From Ramazzottius varieornatus (lineage: Eukaryota; Animalia; Tardigrada): DNA of 64,000 nt. The position numbers and the translations under genes were made by a program. This document shows, piece after piece, positions 42,663 to 54,958 of the stretch (positions are counted from its first letter, which is position 1; every line of letters begins with the position of its first letter). The notes below the pieces were generated by a model, which did not search any database, was not told the DNA's origin, and saw nothing but the letters and a program-made list of their open reading frames with translations. The DNA lies in the NCBI GenBank assembly GCA_001949185.1, contig BDGG01000001.1, positions 5,073,624 through 5,137,623 on the forward strand, given 5' to 3'.

Positions 42663-45426
42663 ATGGAGTATCAGAAGAATACCCGAATTTCCAGGTTAAA
42701 AGCCAAGTGTGCTGCAGCAGCGAAACGCCAGAAGAACAGACCGGGGCAGCCCAGGTCGCAAGCGACCGCGACCGAGAGAGTGCAATCCTGATCAGCTGTC
42801 ACCAGCCCGTGTCGATCAAGAATTGTCGGAAGAAGGAGAGGAAGAGGAGGGAAATGATGCTGTGAACACAACTATAGACAGCAGCGTGGGACAGCTGGAC
42901 ATGGACAGAACAATTGAGGGTATCAAAAGTGATTAATTGACTTATTTGACACTAAGTCTCATGTTATCGTGACCACTAGCTAACACTTTCTTCCTTCTCT
43001 GTAGATATACCAGAGCTTGTCTCGATGGTATCAGATGATCCGAATGACGGCTGGACGCTGAACCAAGTCTGCAGTATGTTACTGTATGTGGCGAAAAGCA
43101 CCGGAACATCGAACGCTGCGCTTGGCAAGTTTCTCAAAGTGATGGCTGTGGTGATTGATGGGAAACGGAGCCTGACAGACCCAAAGAAACGAAGGAAGTT
43201 TCCCCAGAGCGCGAGATCACTGAAGAGCCTGCTTAACATCAAAAGAAACCATTGTGAGAAGATAGTGTACATCTGCCCCTACCAGCGTCAGGTGAGAAAG
43301 AAGACAAACGAGACGTGGGAGACCGAGCTATGCGGTTACGTCTTGCGGGAAGTTGGTGAAGGAAAACATTGCCTGTACCACTGTGATTTGTGCGGTACTA
43401 ACTGGGAGCGAAAAATAGTGGAGAAGGATGGGAACCATTTTGTAATCAACCCAATCCGGAATATCGCCGGAGAAGCGCTACACAAGTACGGTAAGCTGGT
43501 GGATCCTCGTCAAGAACGTATCCCTAGAATTTTGCGTGACGTCACTGATGGAAGCCGATTTCAGCAAATGGACATCCCAAGGTCAAACATAATTTTTCTG
43601 TTCCACGCGGGTGGTGCAGAATTCAGCAAGAGCACAAAGAAGATGTACCTGATATTCGTCCAGATTCTAAATTTGCCGCTTCGGGTCAGACGCTGTGTGT
43701 GGCACCTCGCGGCTGTGTGGGTGGGGAAGATCTCCCCAAAGATCTTGAGTGTTTCTTGATGAACCTGACCCTCCAGCTGCAAGAACTGGACGAGAACAGT
43801 AACACGTTCCTGTCAATACACTGGATTGATGCTTTCGGCGAAGAACACTACTCTCCGGGGTACGTCCACGGTTTCCTTTCTGATTCACCGGAACGCACTG
43901 CCATAAATGGACATTTGTCTCACTCCGCATGCCAGGGATGTATCTACTGTCTGCAAGTTGGTAACACGACCTGAAGAAATAAAGCACATCATATTCTGAA
44001 CCCAAAAATCTATTCTGCTTCAATATGCTAAATGCATCTTTCTTAGGTGGGCGAAAGCATTGCACACAAGATCTCTTACAAATACGTGAAAAACCCCACG
44101 TTAAAATGCCACCAAGATTTTGTCGACATGACTGCGCAGTGGGATACCCTCTCGACCGAATGCCGAAAGTACCTGCTGGATGAAAGGCGAAGGATTCCGA
44201 AGACCTTCATTGGTTACCGACTGGCCGAAGATGGATGCTGTGAACGCCTTTTTCATCGACGTCATGTACAAGGCTTGTCTCGATGGTTCCTGCGGCAGAT
44301 AGTGGAAGGTGGGGAGGTGTTGAATCTAACAAAAAGTGAGATAAAACAGATTGACACATTATGGCTCACTATTGCGGTTCCGGGTCACGAGTCAAGAAAA
44401 ACAAGAAGCATCGCCCAGTATAAGAACATGAAAGCCCACGAGCTAAGATTTTTCATCCAGCATGGCGCACCTTACGTCACGAAAGACATAGTCCCGGAAG
44501 ACTTCCACACTATCCTCTGTCTGGCCAGTAGAATAGCATGGCTATCCACGCAAGACTCAATTTCCGAAAAAGATATCAGTATCGTTGACAGACTAAGCAA
44601 CATGTTTTTGGGGAAATTCGAACGGTATTTCGGAGAACAGGAAATATAATTTTCGGTTCATCTGGTTCAACACCTGGCTCTTTCCCTCAGAATTCATGGA
44701 CCTCTCCAGAACGTTTTCTGCTATGGACCTGAGAACGAGATTGGGGTAATTGGTCAGCGCATTCGTGCCCTAAATAACACCACGAAGAGCATAATCAACG
44801 ACTTCCGCATTCTAGCAGAATGCGCTGTGATGGTCGAAGAACTAGTCAGCAATGAATCCGTTCCTCAACCGGTCACACATACCGCCAGATCTATTATGGG
44901 GATGACGGAATCCATTTTCTACGCAAGAGTACCTTCGGGAATATGTCGGCTGATTGGTAATGCAGAAAAGATTCCATCCAAGCGGATATCCCAAGCCGTT
45001 ATGGCATACGCGGACCACCACGGCTTCATATGGGTGGATGATAAAATTCATCTATTTAAACGAGCTGTGGTTGAGGCAGGAATTTCGGTAAGAACAAGGA
45101 AACACAACGAGGCCTCCTGCCGAAATGGAAGCATCGTCTTTGAAAGGACAGGGAAAGTCATTGCCGTCAAGCACATAGTGGCCATACTATCAGTCGACAC
45201 CGGATCCGTCCTGCAAACCTTAGTGTTTGGTAATTTAATGCTTCGCAATGAAAAAGATTTCTGCGAAAATAGATGTGTGAAAGTCAAGCACGTTTACGAA
45301 GTACAATTATCGCGAGATTATGTTTTGGTGGAGACTGCCAGCATCACAAAGCAGATGGTCATACTCGGTGGTAGCGATTCATTGTTCGTTGTGAGTCCGC
45401 CGGCTAACATTTTCCCAACAACGTAA
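42663..45426 (+). mobile_element. CACTA/EnSpm (Tnp2/Transposase_21-type) transposase pseudogene
   Basis: LRDVTDGSRF; FHAGGAEFSKS...ILNLPLRVR...WVG; SDSPER...SACQGCIYC; MKAHELRFF; SVHLVQHL...HGPLQNVFCYGPENEIG. Frameshift near 43740, premature TAA at 44647-44649, and the expected first catalytic Asp reads Gly. Confidence 0.85.
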
Positions 45427-46201
45427 TTAGATTAATTCCTTCGGTACCTGATTAAAATTTTGCGTCTAGACTTCGCCGTAGGTACCGTAATATTACAATA
45501 CTTTGGCCGTTTGTCCGTTATTTGAGTGTCCGACCGTCTTATGTACATGGCGATCACTGTATGAGTCAAATCGAGAAATTAAATTGATCTTAACCGTATC
45601 CACATACAGATACGCTCAAGCATCACGCACTACCAAACGTCAACTACAGTACTTATAGCAGTAAGAGCTACCCAAGTTCATGCAATAATAGCGCTCAACT
45701 TGACCCCATCTTGTAGCCATTACCTGTGCCTTACACGAGCAAAACACTGGAGAACCGCACAGCAACACTCAGCACTATGCCTACTGGAACTTCTACCAGA
45801 CAGACCTCTAGTTGTAGGAGACAGTCATACACCATGGCTAGTTCAACCGCGACGGCATCAGAGATATATGCGTGATGCGCATATCCCGTTAGAAGAAAGG
45901 CCATAGCTAGCTATAGACGCAAGACGGTGGCCTTACGAAAGACAATAGCCGTCTTGGCCGCAAGAAGGGAGAAGCTTTGTTTTGATAAGAGTTGATACAC
46001 GACCATAAATCATTCTTCGAACTCGCTTTGCATTTCGAACGGACAGACTAACATCTGTTGCTAGTGCACTCATATGAGTTTTCATCTGTCACTGAATTTG
46101 GTAAGGTTTCAGCGCTAGATATTATTGTATCACTTCTGACCATTACGAAATATTGTTCGAGTATTGTATGTACACCAGGAAGATTTTAATTACTGTTGGA
46201 A

Positions 46202-48231
46202 ATGGGAGAAAAACCTGAATGCTCCATATGTTTGAGGGAGTATCTCCCAATTCCGGCGCACAGACCTGCTGCTTCACTGTGTGGCCATTTCCTGCATCAT
46301 TTGTGTCTGGAGAAATTACTGGCTAACGAGGATAAAAGTACTTGGAAATGTCCATCTTGTCGTGGTTCTATTATAGCTTCGGACGTTCGGTTATTGTATG
46401 GAGATATGCCCAATTCCAAGCGGAATTCAGACGTGATGTCTTTTCAAAGGATGAAGTTGAAAGATTTATCCAGTTTGCTGTAGATCAACGTGTCAGGTTG
46501 CGTTTGGAAGAACTGGACGTGAAAAGGAGTAACAAGTGTACCCGTTCCCGTAATATCTCTCTTCCTGTGCCAGATGAACTTTTTGAGGTCGAAGAAATTA
46601 CGTTTTCTAAATTCCACGGCGGAATACGTCATTATTCCGTCAAGTGGAAAAACTGCCTCGGAGAAGACTCGTGGGAGCCAGCCTATGGTCTTCGGCACTG
46701 TATGAAATTGGTTCGTCGGTTTAACCGAAAGAAAATACGCGTTGCACCCTCGGACCTTCCACTATTTCCCTTATGGTGCGTAGCCTATCACCTTATTTTT
46801 GCAGAATATTTCGGGTGTCGGCGAATGATTCTACCCAGGTAGTTATCTTGAGTGGCGCACCTTTGCATTGTCACCATGCGTGGGGTTGCGCGACGTGGGG
46901 AAAACAATACTGCCGGACTGCCAAGTGGCGCACGTTTACTTGGCTATTGGCCGAAAGCCTACGCCACTTGGCATAACAATTCCACGCGGATTCATTTGTC
47001 GACATTCCATTTTGTCCGAAACAATCTCAACTACAGTTCGATTATACCCGATGTTGCTGACATTAGTATTTTTTCGTAAGCGACCCTGAAACTTTTACAG
47101 AGGAACTGGCCACACGCACTGAGGAACCTGAGGTTTCTTTTCCGACCACCGACCACATCACTCCCGTTCTTCCTCCTGTTCCGCACCCCGAAGCATCCTC
47201 CTCGTACGCTCAATCTGCCAGTCCTTCTACCTATGGTCGTTCTCCAGAGCCTGTTGAACCTTCTCCTACGGACTTGACCGGACATCAACCTTCGAACTTG
47301 CGTCTCGGTGCGCTCGATGTCCCTTCGCACTCCTTCCCAACGCCGCAGAACGTGACAGCTTTTGGACCGGTACTGCTGGACGTCGGCCAAGAATATAACT
47401 CCACACCACTGATTATGCAGGCCAGCACAGGTTTGTACACTCCAAGCAGAATATGTGTTTGTGTCTACCGTTATCAAATATCGTTTTCGGTTATAATGAG
47501 TAATTTACAACCTATATGGGCTATTAGTCGCTTTGGCGCCGGGTGAGCGCTGGTCATGATCGGANNNNNNNNNNNNNNNNNNNNNNNNNNNNNNNNNNNN
47601 NNNNNNNNNNNNNNAGAGCTTACCCGGCCACAAAGACTCCAAAATGCCACGCTGTGACACTGTGTACTTTGACCACTCCCTTGGAAGCGTGGTTATTTGT
47701 GGTGCTTCTCACGCTGGCTGCAGATAAGCTCGAGTTCGAAACCCGACCTTCATTAATTTTTTAACATATGTTGTGGCAATACAACACTATAACGCTACCG
47801 AATTATCGCGCACTCAACCACGTGATCAGTGATCATCAGAAACATTGTTGTTTTTATAAACCTGAAAACTGTTTTATTTTATAGACACAACGCCACTGAT
47901 TCCTCTGTCAGCCGTACCCAATGCTGAATCCAAAAGTCACAGAAGGACAAACACAGCTGTTCGGCTGCAGCTCGCAAGTTTCTTACGAAATGCAGTGGTG
48001 GTCGACAAAGCCGGAACTCTGTCCCTTGACGAGGTGAACAGAAGACTGCGAAGCGAATTCCCGGAAGCACTGGTCAATTCGCAAGACAGGAGAACGCTAG
48101 CCCGTTTTCTTGCTGAAATCATGAAGAAAGCCTTTCCCGAATGCAAAAAAGGTCGAGTGAGAACAGGTCCATCAGTCGACCGTAAACAACCAATTTTTTA
48201 CGAAAACTTGCGATTCGTAGCTCCCCCATAA
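46202..48231 (+). pseudogene. RING finger + chromodomain gene, probably continuing through a Pro/Ser-rich exon to an RFX-like winged-helix exon (frameshift near 46440; spans the gap)
   Basis: RING CSIC...CGHFLHHLC...CPSCR; chromo FEVEEI...HYSVKWKN...DSWEPAYGLRHC; exons 47101-47430 and ~47886-48231 join in phase 1 to give LASFLRNAVVVDKAGTLSLDEV...LAEIMKKAFPECKKGRVRTG...IFYENLRF. Confidence 0.55.
47565..47614. other. Assembly gap (50 N)
   Basis: Run of N. Confidence 1.
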
Positions 48232-50879
48232 ACTTTGAACGTGATTGGATCCCATTGGTCCATTACATTCCATATTTTACCGTAGCGTTTGCACTGGCGG
48301 ATAATATTATTTGTTAGCTGTAACGCCACCTGCTGGGCTTTTCTTTTCACTGCCGCGTCTCGCTGTATGGTTAAGGAGGAGACAGCTGGGGAAGAAAATT
48401 AAATATTGATGGAAAGACCGTCGGTTGAGAATTTAAGCTTGCATGACTTTAGATCTCAGCAAAACTCAGACTTGATAAGTATTAACTGAAAATGAGTTCC
48501 ACTACAGTGGTACGTCATTAAGGATTTTGTGGGAATGATTAATCTGTCTCCACTGAGTCATTTAGAGGAAATGTTGTCCGCAATAACTTCAGTAATCCGC
48601 ATTACGGCAAACAGAAGTCGGCTGATTTATCAGCGATGACCGCATTGTTGAGTTCTGCGGGAATGTGATCGATAGGGGGTAATAGGGCGTGTGCTAATAT
48701 TCGGAACCGTTAAATTCTGCGCAACGGGGCTTGGACCCGTGAATGGTAAGACCCATTGCAATCCCTGAGCGTCTTAAACGCTTGAATAGGGAAGTTCACT
48801 TCCAACAGAGGAATTCGATAAACGAACGTTCAAACGAAACGGATGCATTTAGAAATGTTTTTAACCAGGGGTGGTCATGGGGACTGAAGGGTGTAAGTGG
48901 GCGAGATTATGAAGTGGGTCCGAGGTTGGAAGTCTTGGGGCTAAACACTCAACTAGCAGTCAGCACGTGCGCTGATTTTGTTGCCATAAGACCTCCATGT
49001 GGGGCCCACTTCACAATCTCGCTAGAGCTCGGAGCAGCTTGAAAAATCGACGCCGTGGATGGTTTTTGTTTTTGCTACAAACCCATGCTGTCTTCACACT
49101 GTGGAGTTTATGGTTTGGTGCGCGGCTTCACGTTATGACGCCCAAAACTGAGAAACCACGCTATACCACGCGGCGAACGCAATTTTTAAAATTTTTTTCA
49201 GAATTGCATTTCACGAAATGCAGGTCACCAAAAGCATCTTCTTTTGAAGCACGTTCTCGTATTGGTGAACACATTCGCGAAATCGCTGAACATTCTTTCA
49301 GGCGGCGCACTCGAGGCTCGTATACAGACGTCATTGCTAGTCCATGTAGCTTTTAACTACGCGATGGAAAGCTAAGTCTGTTGCCCTGCGCGGTCCGTTG
49401 CGGGCTGAGATTCACGCTATGCTGCGCTGATCCACACCTACTGCCAGTGCGATTCGCCCTGATCCATGCGGAGCGAGCCGCGTGGATCAGCGTGGTACCG
49501 CGTGACCATGCTGCTACGAGCTCTAATTATCTCGCCCACTTACGCACTTCGGTCCCTGTGGCCACCTCTGTTTTTAACATGCTCAAAACATTTTTGAAGG
49601 CAGTCGTTTCGGGTTCGTTTATCGAATTTCTGCTGGAAGCGCAACTTCCTAATGTGTCAAATATAACTAAGATGTGTGTGAAGTTATCAGTGAAATCGGA
49701 AAATTTCATCGTATCGGCCAAATCTGCCTACCATAAGTCCAACTTGTCGTTAGTCATGACTTTGAGCATCGGAAAATGACAGGCTTATGGCATGGATATG
49801 GGTCTCGAGATTGGGAGTGTTGAATGATACTTCATAGGTTAAGACCGGTAATTTTGCGGGCTTTCGTTACAAGGACATCGACACCCCCCGTCGTACATTC
49901 CCGAGTTCGTGTGGATCGTGATAAAACTATTGGTTTATCTTGACCATCATTCTGAACATTAGCAGAAAGATTCCAGCATGAGCTATCACAAATAAACTTG
50001 CGACGACGACACAAGCGGAGTGAAAGCAGAAATCAACTGAGGTTTTACTAAATGTGACAGTATAAATAAACACAGCGGCAGTTCTGCCAGTCGGGAAGAC
50101 TTAATGTGAAGGAATGGTTCTTGACGTCCAGTTTCTAGTCCTTTCGGTCGGCACGGAATTCCTTCTTAGTTGTGGACAGCAAACACGCTCCCTATATTCT
50201 CGCAACTGTCTCAAGTATGGCTTCCTTCTGTCTTCAGTGCGAAGGGTGGACATAGTAGCATGCCAAATAGCACAAGCTCGGTCGGGTTCAAACCGACTTC
50301 GAGCCAGACAAACCTGCTGGGCTTTTGGAGTGTGGAGGTCCAAAGTCCTCTAGTCATAAGACGAACGAGAACGATTCTCGATAACGCTCTTACTCACCAA
50401 ACATTACGGGCCACGGCATATGCTAAAACCAGGACCTGGACTGGATCGGTGGATCCCTGTATCTGGATTCTGTATCTGGATTACGCCTGGATCTGTACTC
50501 TGTATCTGGACTATCATATTTTAAAACGGAGGTGACAGGTGAATGACAAAATTTTTTTTACAAGGATCCACCGGAAAAAATCCTTAAATAAGACAGACAG
50601 AAATTCAGAAAACTGAAAATTCAGAATAAATTTTCAAGCGAGGGGTACGGGTATGATCCATAAAACATTAATGGTAATAGGAAAATAATAATTGATAAAT
50701 TGAAGAGAAAAACTTTACCAGATATTTAAAACTGTCTCAGATGAATTTCAAACCGTTGTAGACAGGGCGTCTGTCGCGTCTTCCCCCTCTCCTTCCCGTC
50801 TTTCTTTTTCCTACCTCTGGGTACGCTTTCACCATAGCATACTTGACCGAGTTCTGGATCGATTTCTGATCAGACAGGC

Positions 50880-51281
50880 TCAGCTCCGCGTAGTTCTTTT
50901 ATTTGAAGAAGGAGACAGCACGGGCGCGGTAAAAGAAGTGGGTGGCGGATTGGACGCAGGAGAATGCGCATACGTAAACATGTCGCAAAGCCGATTATGT
51001 TTTGTCTGCAGTTTCGCCTTCCTAATATTCCTCAGATATCGGTCGACAGTTTCAACTGAGTTTTGCAAATCTTCCGCAATTTGCCAGCTGTTTTCTTCCG
51101 GACCGTAATTCTTCCACTTGACAAGGTACTGCTTTACTCCGTTTTCCGTCCTGTCTGCGATTATTCCGTCCACTTCATATTCCAAAGGACCTTGATCTTC
51201 CACTGGAACAACGAGGAGAGGGGGCGGCGGCAATGAAATTCTTGGTAACTGACGTTCTTTCACTGGCACAACAAAGTCCAA
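50880..51281 (-). CDS. Chromodomain ORF/exon inside the MULE
   Basis: LPPPPLLVV...EYEVDGIIADRTENGVKQYLVKWKNYGPEENSWQIAEDLQNS; aromatic cage Y/W/Y present. Confidence 0.85.
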   Translation of the reverse strand: MDFVVPVKERQLPRISLPPPPLLVVPVEDQGPLEYEVDGIIADRTENGVKQYLVKWKNYGPEENSWQIAEDLQNSVETVDRYLRNIRKAKLQTKHNRLCDMFTYAHSPASNPPPTSFTAPVLSPSSNKRTTRS

Positions 51282-51613
51282 GGGTCACATTTTCAAATGA
51301 CAATATTTTTGATCAAGTTCAGTAAGAAATGCAATTACCGATGTTAAGACCAAACGTAAAATTCGGGCGCAGAGTGAACTTCGACTAAATGAGCGCATTA
51401 AGCGCGATCGGATTTACCAAGGAACGAACAACACGAAATGACAGAATACTGGTCGGTGGTTGACCGTGGCTAATCTCGCCCGGTTAGAAACGACAGTCAC
51501 TACCCTGTTGTCAGTTCGAAATACCGTGGCAACACCTTTTCGCCAAAGTCATACAACGGGTGACTGAAGACGCAGAATTTAGACAAAAAACTTTACTGTG
51601 GCTAATTTCGAAC

Positions 51614-54600
51614 TTAGACCTTCTTTCCGGTGCACTGCTTCAAAAACTTTTTGTGGCTTGGCTCAAACGATTCTTTGTCCTCGGATCGAATCACGATGTC
51701 GAATGGGTTGAATTCTTTGTCGTGCTTCTCAACGCATTTTGCGTTAGCGTGGAAGTAAACCGGAGAAACTTTTCCATTTTGTTCTTGATTGTTCTTCTTG
51801 AAGGATCGTATCATCTGACTGACGACGACGAGGTCTTTCGGGGGACTGGGAGCATTACCGTCCAACCGGAACTCGGTATGACAACCAAAGCACTTTTTCA
51901 CACTTCCGTGACAGCCAGACAGAAAACGAAGCTCGTAAGTGAATGGCTCGACAGCTGCAACGGAATTCTTGGTTCGTTTCTTCGCTGTGTTGTCTGCGGC
52001 TGCTCGATAAGCAAAGGCTTTACCTGAAACCGACCAGCATCACACAATCGTTCCGGTACCATGAGGTCAGAAAAGATGAAATACCTTCAGCAGAAGTTAA
52101 AGTTGAAATTTGCGACGTCTTTTCGGTAGTTCCAAGACGGCGCTGGGTCCGGTTGTGACGTTTTAGTCCAGTGCCTTTTGCAAGCTGGAATGACGCAATC
52201 TTGTCTAACGGGGCCTCGGACTTCTGTTTGTTGTGCCACATTGCGTATGCCGCGCTGACCTTCTTGACGGCAGCGACAGCCAGCGCGTGTTGACATATCT
52301 TCCCAATTCTGTATGGAAGACAAGTCTTTGCGTCGCAGGCTACCTGTCCGGTCTTCGGGTTAATGGTAACGGTATGAAATTGATTTCTGCCGCTGTGACT
52401 GGCCACAATGAAGCACATGTCGTCATCACCCGGCGCATCGGTGATATACTTCTTGTTGTCCATCAAAGCCCGCGCTTTCACTTCGAGCTGAAGACGCTGT
52501 CCACGTTGTATATTCGCAAAGCCATCGAGCAGTGACTCTTCAGAGTCAACAGGGGAAGGTCGAGGGGAGGAAGCTTCGGGCAGAGTCTTCTGAGTGAGCT
52601 CGAAAATTTCGCCCTCCAAAGAATCCTGAACGATAACCACGTCTACTTCCTTCTTCAACACAGGCTGGGTGTGTATCTTTCTCAGAAGCTTCTTTCTGTC
52701 TTTTTCCGATTGCCTAATTAAAGACTTAAAATCATTGACTTTCGAATTTATCAAAGGCTTGAGCTAACGAAAGGGACGAGACTACCGCCTGATCACTTAC
52801 ACCCGAAAAAAATCTGTGGCCCGGACTTTCAGATGGTTGTATTGGTCGAGCAGATCCATTCCAGGTGTTCGGTCGATCAGCGTCTCTTCAATGTCCTTTT
52901 CTTGTTTCTGCACGAGCTTCTGCATTGCCTCAACAAAGGGAGTGAGCTTCATCTTCTATTTGCCTGTCTGCCGCTTTGTTACGGAGTTCATACATTCGTT
53001 TGCGTTCTGAGTATAGACGTCCAAGTCAGCTGACAAGCGATCCGTGTCGACAGCGACATGCAGTTCTGTATCAGGTGTTCTTTCTTCTCCTTGAAGTACG
53101 AGACAAAGTCAGTGCCTTCTTCCATGATCGCAGTCCATTTCTCATACAGAGCACCAGCAGCAGTCTCGAAGTCTCCCCCTGCACAGTCCGCCAAACCAGC
53201 CGTCTTGTCTGTGCCTTGCTTCTTTCCGAAGATGTCTTGAATGACCTGCATAGAGACGTCAGGTTTTTCCCCAAGGGCACGAAGCTTCTTCTCTATGTTA
53301 TCGTGCATGTGTATGTCACAGAGAAGATGGTTCGCCGCTGGAAAGAGATCTTTGGACGGCTGGTACAAAGCCGGATCACCATCAGTGCCATACACCTTCA
53401 AGTCTACCAACTCAGAACAATGGTTCTTCAGCGAAGCTACCATCTGCCAGTACGTCGCCCGCGACTTGTCTTGATGGATGAAGATAGCACCTGAACATGA
53501 ACAGGTTAGCTTCACAAATGTTTTTGATAAGCAGTGGACTATCAATACCGAAACTCCTTTAGTATCATCGTTAATAAAACTTACCGAGCATGACTGGATG
53601 ATCCCCAATATTGGTAGATCTCGACCGAAGAAGCAGATGTCGATACGTCACAGCAGTAACGAAGAACTTTCCCACGTTGAACATGGTGTCGACGCCAAGC
53701 ACAGATAAATTATCAGCATTCGTGCAGAATCGTACCATGTCATCGAGCTGTCTCTTTGTTGCGCAGAAGATGAAGAGCAATGGGACTGCGTGGATTTCGT
53801 TGACGAATCTGAGAGACGGAAAGTCGAATTCTTTCTTGCATTTTTCCTGAAGTCCCATGATGTCATCTACTGGCTGCGCGTCTTGAGTTAAATTTCGGAT
53901 TTGTTTCGTGCCGGTTGGGATACTAGCGAGGCTCATTACTGTGTAGATCTCATCGCGATCCTCTTCAAAGGTCTTCATAGCGATGCCGCGGTCTAGGCTC
54001 TTTAATGACTTCTTCACGCTTTGATAGCTTCGACTGTAAGGCTTTGATCCGTGTCGACGGTTACCATGCTGTGAAAGTTCGAAGGAATGTGCCCCCTCGT
54101 CAAACTGGTAATACAGAAAGGAGTAATCACACTTGGCATGGCTGTCGTCGTGAGCGCGAATGTACACTCGTCTGAAGTCTTTGGACGATTTGCAGATCCA
54201 AGTCTGTCGAGTGAACCAGTATCCCTCTTCATCAGCGTCGTACTCTTCCTTCGTTGCGCTCATCAATTTACCTTCGGTGCGGGTGAAATAGAAGGAGCGC
54301 GGACCGTGTGTTGCAGAATATGCTCCGTTATCGTCGGAGAGAACATCACGCAGATCAGTCAGCGACTTCTCATGCATGATGAACACACAATGATCTTCTG
54401 GTCTAAATGGCGGATCTTTCGGGACAGGATCGATTTCCAAATGGACGTCCAGTAACAGCTGGACAGCATCAAACGTGCCGACTGTCTGGTTCCTTCCTCG
54501 ACTGAAGCAGTCTGTGTTAGCGTACTTGCAAATATCCCAAGCTACGTCTGTAAACAAGTATCAACAGTCACTTGTTAATTTCTGAACGTGGTTTGTCTTG

Positions 54601-54958
54601 TGAATCGGGTAATCGCAATTATCTAATTATAAGTTCGCAATTAAATTTCTGATGCGAAGCTAGTCTTAAACCAGAACCGGCTCACCTGAGCTCATCAACG
54701 TCCTCTGGATCGAGGTTGAACGATTTCTCTGCTTCCGGTGTCTCCTCGTGTTCGGAACTGATGGTCTGGTAATCATCGGTTTCTTTGAATGCTGCCTTCA
54801 AATTCCTCCGCGCACCTTGATCCTCTTCGTCACTGCTGTCGAGCGTGATGACGTCTTTACTTGGCTGCTTATTTCCGGAGATTGAGAGTACGGTTGACTG
54901 TCTTCCCGCACTTCCCGACAAGTACGCGCTCAAGTTTCTTTTGAAGCCCCGATCAATC
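51614..54958 (-). pseudogene. MULE transposase with SWIM finger and C-terminal Cys/His finger (multi-exon; frameshift near 53015)
   Basis: LGVDTMFNVG (D1); YGTDGDPAL (D2); HLLCDIH; YTQNANECMN (E, in a shifted frame); SWIM CDAKTC...ICQHALAV; CFGC...YFHANAKC. Confidence 0.85.

Noticed and set aside
48901-49022. 20-bp inverted repeat as a MITE
   Set aside because: Short, and no TSD identified.
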